NCBI GenBank assembly: GCA_977016875.1
Contig: CDRNST010000227.1
Location: 62,001-126,000 of the forward strand
Direction: 5' to 3'
Source of the DNA: Pavona decussata
Lineage: Eukaryota
Length of the DNA stretch: 64,000 nt
Numbering within the stretch: the stretch's first letter is position 1; every line of letters starts with the position of its first letter. Below the pieces are notes generated by a model. The model saw only the letters and a list, made by a program, of their open reading frames with translations. It was not told where the DNA came from and made no database searches. Positions 25,501-35,973 of the stretch are shown in pieces. The translations under genes and the position numbers were made by a program.

Positions 25501-28500
25501 AACCAACCAGACCTCCATGGAAGTCACATATTAAGTACACCACTCGGTATGGATTTCTTTTTAATTGTATTTCATTTTTTCTGTGTGTGTGTCATGCAGG
25601 TTCAGAAGAAGGGTAAAGAAGTCCAGAAAGCTCAGAAACAACTTCAGATGGATTTAGCAGCCATTGAAGAAGTATGTATTTGGTGATTTAAAGTTATTAC
25701 TGAAGTTGCAACTCCTGACGATTTTTGTCATCAAATGACTGACTCATCTTGCTTCTCTGTATTTCATGTATAAATTGTCCAATATGCAGTTCTTCTGGCT
25801 AAAGTGCAAAATGAAAATGTCAGTGTAGAGCAATTAGTCACAGACTATTTTAAATGATTATGTTTTAAGTTTTTTTCAGTTTGAACGTAAATTACATTTA
25901 AATATTGTTTAGTTTTTAAATTGTATTTTCAATTCTTTGTATTAATAAAACATGTGTCTGTTACATTTGTTCTGACAGCCTGCTTGATACAGACACACAC
26001 ACAGATAATATGGACACTTCTGCGAATTTCTTTGGTGTTTGTATTAACCAGGTCGGTGTGCGACAAATGCAGACTGCAGACTTGCAGACTTGCAGACCTG
26101 CAGACTTGCAGACTTGATGGACTCAACATCATTGGCCTTTCCCAATTCACTTTAAAAATAATATTGTGTAACCTCCGCCATTCCACATCATGCACTGTCC
26201 GCTAAGTAGGCTTTAAGGCTACTTGGCTCCTTTCACGGTTGTCGACCTGCATACTTCTGGATTTTCGCGACTTTGGAATTTAATGAGAATTATATGCTAG
26301 TGTTGTTGATTCCATGGAGTGTTGCTGATTCACTAGCTCGCGGCATTTTATAGTACGATCGAGTGATATAATCCCCTGTGGAGGCATGTGGTGTTTACGA
26401 AATTTTAAGAGCTAAAATCTCGCGCAGGAATTTTTAAATTCAAACTAACTTTGGCAGGGCGACCACTTGAGCAACACGTCTACATAATTGTTTTGCTATT
26501 CTAACTTTGAACTCGGATATCTCGATAACTAATTATTAATGTCTTTTGAATAACGCTGAGCAGCTAATTCGTTCTTGCCAGGCGTTCGATACCCGATAAA
26601 TTCAATGCAACAGGCCTCGTTCGTCGGCGAGTTTACCCGATCCTGATATTTTAGAAAATAAAAAAAAAATCACTAAAATTGTATTTTTGTCAGAACCTAG
26701 CCCTTATTATGCTGTTTGCTATACAGTTTGACAACGTTTTCTCAAAACTGGCGCACGTAAGAATTTTATTCCTGAAGGACAATCGTGAAAGTAGCCAAGT
26801 ATCAAAGCGTACCAAGCGGACAGCGCATGATATGGTATGGCGGAGGCTACACAATATTATTTTTAAATGAAGTGGGAAAGGCCAGTATGTTGAGTCTGCA
26901 AGTCTGCAGGTCTGCAAGTCTGCAAGTCTGCAGGTCTGCAAGTCTGCAGGTCTACAGGTCTGCAGGTCTGCAAGTCTGCAAGTCTGCAGTCTGCATTTGT
27001 CGCACACCGTAACCAGGTTCCCCCGTACATGCACTCATAAAGCATCCACATAATCTGTATGTCTGTCTGTACGATCAGTGATCTTAAATCTGTGGCCAAT
27101 ACTGTATTAATTAGATGATTATTTACTGCTCACTTGACACTTACAAAATAATTTATATGTAATTTCCATAGCCTGAACCACCGTCAGTAGGCAAAGGAAT
27201 CAGCTCTAACGCAGCCTATCACTCTCGTTATACTGCGTAAAGGGCTGCTTTATTCTTCCAGTCACAATAACTAAGGTTAAATTGTTGTCATTTTTAATTC
27301 CTCATATTGCTCATGTAGGCTGCACTTAAAGCTTATCAGAAAGATATGAACATTCAACCTCCTGCAGCAAAGGCTGAGACCAAATCAGAACCTACTAAAA
27401 CACAGGCAAATGAAACTTGTTCAAAAGGAGAAAGCACTGCTGGTAATATTTATAAAAATAATGATTTTGTAACCTCAAATAATTGTTTAGTTAATGTTAA
27501 CCTTTTTTCTGTTCCTGGAATGCTGAAGTGATTTGTGTGTAGAAGCAGTGCCACTGGAAAAGATGTCCTCAGTATTCTGCATTTTAATGGTCACAATATA
27601 TATTTTGATCCACATGCTAAAAATAAGTGCCTGCTTGCGTGTAGCATAATTAACAGCTCGTATTATGTTATACTGCTTAAAACATTTTATTTGAATGGGC
27701 ACATCTTAGCATTTGATACACACACCCGAAAATAGAACCACTCTGTACAAACAGCAGAAAAAAAGTACTGTATCTAAGGGCTATCTTTTGAATGGTTACA
27801 GTTTAAGGCTTCCTACACACAGAGTAGATATTACCATCCATTTGCACAAAATTTCCATTTGCAATTTTTTGTCTTCTTCCACCATCATTGCGCTGTCATG
27901 TACATTGTTTGATCTACCAATGAGACTGCAGTTTAGAATGACTGTTTTGACACAAATTTTGGTTAAATGGAAGGTGAATTGGGACTTGATTACAGTGGAT
28001 AGAATCCTGTACGGTGAAATATTGAAATGTTGAATGAAGAGGGATTATATTTCTGAGATTGATCATTCAAGGAGAAACTTGATGCTGATCATTCTCTTTA
28101 TTTCAGAATGTTTAGTTTCATATGAAGGAAGCCAAGCTGTTATGAAATGTTCTCATGGATGGAATATTGGGCAAGCCCCTGAAGGTTATTATTACTACTA
28201 CAACACAGATACACAAGGTAAGGCTGCTTTATGATAATGCTAGGCTGTACAGGAACAGGAAGAACACAGCCAGAAACTGAACAAATTAGCCATATGCACA
28301 ATAATAATAACCTTTATTTACCCTCGGCAGTGTTTATTATTATAGCACAAGTGCTAGTGGGGCCGAGCATTAAACCTCGTAAAGAAATACTATAAATTGA
28401 AAATAACGTGGTTAAAAATCCTAACTGGCAGGAGGTAGACCAGCTGGCTATTTACAAGCGCGTCCGAGGAGTTGAACTTGGAGCTACCGAGAAACAACTC

Positions 28501-30379
28501 CAGCTAGCGGTCAGAGTGGGACTTGAACCCGGGACCACCGGATTTCAAGTCCGGCGCCCTAACCACTCGACCACGCTGCCTCCAATAATATTATTGAGAG
28601 TCAGCCAGAATTCAAGTTGTTCTGTTCCTCTTGTTTAGAGTGCTGTCTGGCTCTTATTCACAATAGGATTAAATCCATTCAAAGTTTACTGATAGGAGTT
28701 TCAGTATGATAGCTCAAGTGGAGCTGGATCATCATCGTAACCCAAACGGGCTTGGTTATAACAGCCCTGGCTAGTTATTTTAACTGTCAAAATAACTAGG
28801 GTTGTTGTAACAAAGCCCATTTGAGTTACAATGTGTTCAGTTAGTTAGTCTGATATTGTGCAGCTTTTAAGCTGGGAAGCGTAAAGTTGATAAAAATCTA
28901 TATTTTTTCCTTCCTCAGTATCCCAGTGGGAATCACCAAGTTGTTTGTCATCTCCAGCGCTTCAGAGTTCAAGGTATTCATTTATTCATTGTTTCCGTGT
29001 GATGATGCTTATAATTTATGAAATGTTGTTGAATTAAATTTGCAGAAATTCCAAGGAAAATAAAACTGTGAGTGAAGAACAACAAGCTAGCACTCAGAGC
29101 GTAAGTATTTAATAATCATATTTAATTTAAGTATTTGATGATCATTACCTTCATTATGTGTTGACACGCAGCTGGATCCTCGTAAGCCACCTCCAAATTC
29201 TCGCAAAAGCAATCCGTTAGAACATGACTGTCTTACTCTAGTATTGAGACATTCAATGATTGCCAGTTATTTAGAGCGGTTTTCATTTGAGTGTTGAAAG
29301 TAATTTGCTAATTGCTGTGGTTTTGGTCTACTACACTCTGTGATTGGTTAGCAAAACTTGCACCACTTTTTCAATCAATGAGAACAGAAATCAAAACCAA
29401 TCATGACCTGATTGGTTCATTGCGCTTTTTACATCTCTCATGATTGGTCAGAGTAAGAACTTTGGTTTGGGTTGTATGACACTCAAATGAAAAACGCGCT
29501 AACTGGAGTAGTAATGTGGCATACTAACCACAGGACGCCCACACGATTGGAGCTAAACGCGGTTTCTGTAGCATGAAGTAACTAGCAGTGTTGCTACTTC
29601 TCTTCCCCCCACGCCCACCCCCTGAATGGGATGCTTGTCCATTGCATGGTTATCCCCGGCAGTATATCCCATCTTTGAATGAGGTCTCTGTGGAGCAAAG
29701 TGTCTTGTCTAGGGTTACTATCTGATGTCATATGCTAGGACTAGACTTTCTCAGGTACACCGTTCACTGAACGCTCTGGACTAGTGACCATGTTCAAAAC
29801 AAGGGATTACTCAGTGGGGTTAACTTGCCTAAATCAAAGTTGGTGTGCTTATTTTACAGGTCAGTAATGAAAGTAAAACTACGGAAACCAAGAGAGAAGA
29901 AGTAAAGAATTCTCCGTACGGACAGTGGACCACGGTTCAAACCTTCGAGCCGTTGTCTAGCTCGTAAGTCTATGTTCGTGTTAACCAAACGATACACTGA
30001 CATTATTACTGTCCTCGAGTTTAGCCACTTCTGTTTTATTTTCGTGGGTTGGTTGGTCTGTCCGATCTGTCATAGAGCTAGTACATTCATTCCAGGATAG
30101 AGGAGATGTGTGCGTGTGTCGGGGATAGTGCGGGTATATACCATGCATTGCCTTTATCTAAATGTTATATTTTGCAGTGAACCAGCCAACTCCACAAATC
30201 ATAGTGAGGCAAATCCAACAGAACCTGTTAAGACAGAAGACAAGTTCAAGGAACGATCAACTCCAAAAATTACGTTTCGTTCAGGTAACGCCGGAAACGA
30301 AGTAGCGTTCAAGAAACGAAAACTCAACCCTGATAAAAAGAGGAACATTCGACAGACAAACCCTAATAAAACAGACTAA
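22527..30379 (+). CDS. WBP4: WW domain-binding protein 4 (FBP21; matrin-type zinc finger + WW), 10 exons, ~286 aa
   Basis: Exons 22527-22528 (AT|G), 22619-22691, 24934-24996, 25600-25671, 27319-27442, 28107-28217, 28919-28973, 29046-29100, 29860-29963, 30178-30379 (861 nt). MAEYWKSQPRKLCEFCKCWITDNKPSIEFHERGKKHKENV, AALKAYQKD, WW domain GWNIGQAPEGYYYYYNTDTQVSQWESP, PYGQW, FKKRK...RNIRQ. AATAAA at 30542. Confidence 0.93.
26054..27009. mobile_element. MULE-like non-autonomous element with 9-bp TSD TAACCAGGT and subterminal (TGCAGACY)n arrays
   Basis: TIR cggtgtgcgacaaatgcagac / gtctgcatttgtcgcacaccg, imperfect inverted similarity over ~150 bp; taaccaggt at 26045-26053 and 27010-27018. Confidence 0.9.
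28307..28583 (-). mobile_element. Full-length tRNA-derived SINE
   Basis: Minus strand starts ggaggcagcgtggtcgagtgg (A box)...gggttcaagtcc (B box) and ends in a (tta)n tail; aataata flanks both ends. Confidence 0.85.
29272..29501. mobile_element. MITE family tagagcrgttttca...tgaaaa; second copy at ~62034-62310
   Basis: Inverted ends tagagcggttttcatttgagtgt / acactcaaatgaaaaacgcgcta; internal tgattgg/ccaatca motifs shared with the 62-kb copy. Confidence 0.65.
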
Positions 30380-32570
30380 TGTACATTGAATGGCTTACTA
30401 GACTGTCCGTTGGAAAATCATGCAAGTGACCAGCGATGGACTTCACTACTGTCCACTTTATGACGTTCAAGCTTTCCAAATCAAAAATAGGCTCTGGCCC
30501 GCCGAGCCACTAGGCCGCTCCAAATCGTAAATCGAGAGATCAATAAAGAAGCTGGTCACCTTTCGGGTGGTAGTATATTTTCTTTTCCGTTGTCCTTAGC
30601 ATATTAACACACATTCTCAGCTAGGGCGACTGATCAGGGTCCCTTGTGACTAATAATGATTGCTTTCGAACAAAGAAGTTTTCCCATTTTGTATGCGTAT
30701 TTTTTATTTAAAAGGTTAAAGATCATATCGTGATCCACAACTTTCCATAGACAAGAGTGACGTCAAGCTTTCATCACACGTAAACTCATTTTAACAGGTG
30801 GAAAAACACTTTTAATCTTTTGCAATGGAATTTTGTCAGTGACGTTTTAAATTGAGCAAAGTGGACCTTACCTGGATAGTCACATACAAATCAAACTGAT
30901 TGCAAGGCAATAGGTTTTTAATCGGTCCAATATCGATAATGGAAGAAGAACTTTCAATAACACAGAAGAAGTGAGGCAAATCAGTCAAACAACACATAAC
31001 TTGTAAATCCTCTTATCCTATCCGGTAAGATGATTGAATGCCCGAGATGCAAAAAGACAGTACATAACAGAACTAAACGCATGCGTCGAACACAGAGAAG
31101 CCACCAGCAACCTTTATCACTTTAATGCTAACAGTGGCTTGCGGCGAACTGTAAACTGAGGCCATTAAATTCCATTCTGTAAAACCCTTTTGTTACAAAG
31201 TTTCAAGGAGTTCATAAACCCTCACTGCATCGCAGTTTTACAGGGTTCAGTATAAACTTATTTGCTCATTTATTCTTGTTGGCTGCGAAGGTTTGTTTCC
31301 AAACTGAAATACCAGGCAATTTCATTCACAGATATATTTTTTTTTCACTTTTCATACCCAACTGCTTTCGTCGTTTGTCTTGCCGCCTATAATTTATTAC
31401 CTTTTATCAGTTTTGTCAGCCTCGTTATTTTCATCTGACAACACTTTCGCTTCATTTCAATGGTAAGTTCATCAACACAGACAATAAAAACTCGATTAAC
31501 TACGTTTGGGGAGGACAGAAATGAGATGGCAGATCCACAGATAGACTGGTCACATACTCGTCCGAGACTAGTTTGACGTGAATAAGCTTTCCTTAGAATA
31601 GATAAATAGATAAATTAACCTCCATTTTAATTGCACCGTGGGGCATTTTGCCAGTTGTATATTTTTCAAAAAATGATATTGGCCCCGGGGGGGGGGGGGG
31701 GGGGATGGGCATTGTTGGAATTAACTGATACATAACGTTTGTTTTTAGGGGTGAAAATGAATTGAGCAACGGTGACAAACGAGAGTCTGTCTTGTGCGTT
31801 TCCGAATGTTTTTCATAGATTTACGACCATCACTTTTCATTCCAGTATGTGAAAGTTGCTCTCCCCCCCTCCCCTCCCCCTCTTCTCCGTGGGCACTTAA
31901 TATAATTTTGTCGTGAATATTCGTGGTATTCAGCCGTCAATCGTCTCCTAAGTCAGTGGTGGGATTGTAGCAATCCTTGGCAATACTAACGTCCACGGAA
32001 ATTCGTCTGAAACAAACCTTGGGGAGACCGATACTGAACAGCACAACACACATCTCTCTCTCTCATCTCATATGATCTCCAATCGCATTGAAAAAAAATT
32101 AAGACAACACTTTGCCAGGTATTTCCCCGGCTATTTTCCTAGTGTGTTTTGACGAATTCCAGCTTTCATGCATTCCGACTGCTTTTATAACTGTTGGTAT
32201 TTGTTTCAAATTACACGATTTCGTCTGGCGTTTATCCGCTTGGTCGATGAAAACACTTTTATAACCTAATTTCACACCGATTTTGTTGACTCTCGACTCT
32301 CCAGCAGAACGTTCGAGTTGTGAAACCATTAGTTTTTTGATAAGATACAATTATCTTGTCATTCATTTCGCCCCAAAATACACGTAACTGAAAACTATAT
32401 TACGTGCATTTAACAGTTTACACTAAAAGTTTATTTTTTATGATGAAATCAAATGACCACTGAAACTAAATCACTGCATACCAACTCTACAGACATTGTG
32501 AGCAGTGACCCCAATATCCTGATATTTGATCTCAAAAAGAAAGAAATCCAGTGCAGAAACAGGAGAAATC

Positions 32571-33569
32571 ATGGAGGCCGAATATTGGGAAGAGGAAAGT
32601 AATGAAACACTACACGAGCAGGAAGGTTTCTCTGTACAGTTCGATGTGTTTCCAATCATTCTCGCTGTGTTGATTGTCGTCGCAAATGGCACCGCCTTAT
32701 TTCTCGTGGCACGCAGGAAGAATCTTCGATCTGCGACAAATGGTGTCTTGGCAAGCTTAGCCGTGAGTGATTTCTTGGCGGGATTCCTTGGTATTCCTTT
32801 TTACCTCGTCTGTAATGCGGCCTATGATCGTTCGTGGTGTCTGTGCAGTGTTGTCTTTTGGCGGTTCGTCTCCGTATCCACTGTCCTTCATCTCACGATT
32901 TTGACGTTGCATCTCTACGCGACCGTGGTTCATGCCGCGAGGTGTAAAGTCCTCCTGAGGCGAAATGTTTCCGCAGGTCTTGTCTGTGCCGTTTGGCTCT
33001 GTGCTGCGTTCGTTTCCCTCGTCCAGCTTTCATGGATCACCGTGGAAAACGAAGAGAGCGAAGAGGAACGACAGCGCGTTCACCTGGCTTATGCCATCAC
33101 TGTACTCGCCGTTTTTCTTGGCGTTCCTCTAGTCACAATCATCTATTGTCACGTGCGTATTTTTGCCAATATCCGGCTGAGCAAAAGGGAACAGACCGTC
33201 GGCAAATTAGAAAACCGGGTTGATTCTGTTGAAGATCAAACACTTGAAAAACACTCCGAAAATTGGAAATTAGGCCTTGTTTTGTTGGGAATGCTTGCTG
33301 CATTTCTGATTTGCTGGGTGCCATATTTCGTGTTGGAACTTGTTACAGACACTGAAGGGATGGGCGCCTTCCCAGATTGGGCAGAATACGTGTTATTTTA
33401 TTACACAAGGTTCACCGCGTCTGCCATTAACCCAGTTCTCTTTGTTATTGGAAAGCGCGATTTCAGGCGGGCGTTTTACGGATGTTTAGGCTGGAATCAA
33501 ACCCAAAGCGAAGACAATGTGGTACTTGGAACTGTGCAATTCTCTACCTTAGAGAACGAGGGAGTTTAA
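32571..33569 (+). CDS. Intronless class A (rhodopsin-like) orphan GPCR, ~332 aa; DRY replaced by HLY and NPxxY by NPVLF
   Basis: Seven hydrophobic segments; TM2 SLAVSD, TM4 W, TM6 CWVP, TM7 NP, helix 8 KRDFRRAF. First ATG at 32571. Clear paralog of 52540-53601. Confidence 0.9.
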   Translation: MEAEYWEEESNETLHEQEGFSVQFDVFPIILAVLIVVANGTALFLVARRKNLRSATNGVLASLAVSDFLAGFLGIPFYLVCNAAYDRSWCLCSVVFWRFVSVSTVLHLTILTLHLYATVVHAARCKVLLRRNVSAGLVCAVWLCAAFVSLVQLSWITVENEESEEERQRVHLAYAITVLAVFLGVPLVTIIYCHVRIFANIRLSKREQTVGKLENRVDSVEDQTLEKHSENWKLGLVLLGMLAAFLICWVPYFVLELVTDTEGMGAFPDWAEYVLFYYTRFTASAINPVLFVIGKRDFRRAFYGCLGWNQTQSEDNVVLGTVQFSTLENEGV

Positions 33570-35211
33570 AACAATCCAACAAATACTTTGAATGCACTCG
33601 GGGGTGGGGGAGGAGAAAGATTGAACAAATGGTGAGACTGATTTTACGTTTGGTAACTTTACTATATTAGTTTACAAGTGAAACCGTAACGCCGGTACCT
33701 TTGCTTTCACTCGAGGAAGATACAAGCCAGAAATGCCAATTTTCGTTCTCCTGCAATCAGGCTCTATTTTTCTTTTAGCGATTGACCACATGGAGGAAAT
33801 TTAAGCGCTTCTCAAATTGGGCCTGATCTTGGGTTACTTTTAGTAAATCATGTCAATGCAGCTGTGTACGAACAGCACTACCAATCACCAGCCTGCCTCT
33901 ATTTGCGTTGGTGGCCAAACTTTGAGAAAGCGTTTAATGGAGTACCAAATTGATACATGATGGAAACTTGGGACACCTTGGTACTCCATTATTCAAGACT
34001 CTGAGTTAACGCTCTCTCCTCTTCTTCAGGAAAAAAAGGGAGTTAATGTCGAAAACGGGAAAAAACGGAAATGGGCCCCGCTCCTCGTTATTTAACTCTC
34101 TCCAGTCCCTTTTTTTGTTCCCCACGCTTCTCATTGTTTCACTCACTCCAGTCCCTTATTTGTCTCTGTTCGAGCGCGTAAGAGGCCTCGGCGGAGGAGA
34201 GAGGAATAAACGGCAAACCTCTGCCACGTTATGTAAGCGGAGAAGGCGCGCGCGTTTAACGGAAGATAGCCGAGAACACCACGTGAATTCTAGCCTGATT
34301 TACAGTATCTTAGCAACGTTTGACAGTTTCACTGATGCCAGGAACGGAGTTTGTTACTACCGGCAGAGAGAAACGTGTTTTCACAAGATTGTTATTTTTT
34401 AATTGAATCTACATTACCTTTGTGGCAAGAAAGTGATCTATAATTAACTAATTAAGCAGTCCACATTTTTCTACACACAAAAGGGTGACCTCCAAGGGAG
34501 GACCAAGGGTTAATTTGTCAATCAACAAAACAAGAGCTTGAAATTAGCGAATAGAAAAGTTTTGAAGTTTCATTGTGTTACTGAAACGGGCGAAGGTTAA
34601 AAAAAGAAATGTTTGTCGCAAAATATTTTTTGCTTGCAAGATGTAGGAAGCAAATAAAATAGAGATTGGAACAAATTATGAAAACCTGCATCTTTAGGCT
34701 AACGCCGACAAACCAACAAACTTGAAACTAATTCGAGCTAACAGCAGGTAAATTAGTTCTTGTAATTATTATTGGAATGGTAAGAGTTTCAGTTTCAGTC
34801 TGCAGAAGGTACAGTTTATGAAGTAGTACAAACTTTTACATTAAGTGTGGAAAATAAAACGAACCGAGTCCTTTTTATAGTGCACCTATAGCACATATTA
34901 CCCACAAAATATCACCACAGCAAAGTACCGTTAGGGCAAACTTACTGCTACATCGATATAACTGAGTCAAGGTTTTGGCAGGTACCAACTTGTTATATAG
35001 CGCAAGGCTATTTCTAATTGGAACAAAGAAGGCAACTAGCATGTCGTGTACAAGATGGTTCGACTGAAAGGTGTCTGCCTTAAACTGGACTCATCATGGA
35101 AAAGGTTACGAAGTCTAATTTGTCTGCGCGTCGAGGTTTGTAATTTATTTTACTTCCCAAAGGAAGCAGATATATTAAGTGCAAAAGTCATTGTAATTCA
35201 AGACAATTTCT

Positions 35212-35514
35212 TCATTTTTTGGGAATAAAAGCATAAAGACACTGCCCACTGTATTTCATGACATCTTGGTCTGTCAATTCTACAAAGAGAAAGGAGATAA
35301 CAATCAATTATCCATGCGCAGTCTTAAAAGGTCGACCAACAGATGCTGTATCACGGGTACTTAGAAAGGTGTCACGTGGGCTAATATCTGTCGAGAAACC
35401 TGTTGCATAGCGACATCCCTAGACAAACCGCGGGCTCTGTTAATCTTAGCTTTTTAGCCTTTTTATCCCGTTTTTAATCTTATCATGCGCAGTTGAACAT
35501 ATCATGAAATTTGC

Positions 35515-35560
<46 letters not shown>

Positions 35561-35898
35561 TATTATTATGGGAATGATAACTTTATTATTTACAAGAATA
35601 AAATCTACTAGATACAGTTTGATTCTATTAAAAGCTGAGTGATTTTACAGTTTGCTGTCATAAAATTGTAAAATATCAACATCTCATATATAAAAGCTAA
35701 TTCATATGGGTTTGGTTCAGAAGAATGAAAGAACAATTTCCACTGATGTAATAAAAATATATCTACCCTCATAATAAGAATATTCTAAATAAATTCCCAG
35801 TCACAGTGTTTCCAATCATACACTAAAAATAATTCAGACTGATTATTATGATTATGATTCTGATTATGATTACGATTACGATTACGATTACGATTACG

Positions 35899-35973
<75 letters not shown>

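Noticed and set aside
25929-27099. ORFs with LQTCRLAD/SASLQVC repeats
   Set aside because: Translations of the 8-bp TGCAGACY arrays of the MULE-like element.
28510-28583. Possible tRNA gene (also 37905-37967)
   Set aside because: A and B boxes are present but there is no convincing acceptor stem, and each continues into SINE-family sequence.
32526-32570. N-terminal extension of the GPCR ORF from a TTG start
   Set aside because: Non-ATG start from the ORF caller; the ATG at 32571 gives an N-terminus comparable to the paralog.
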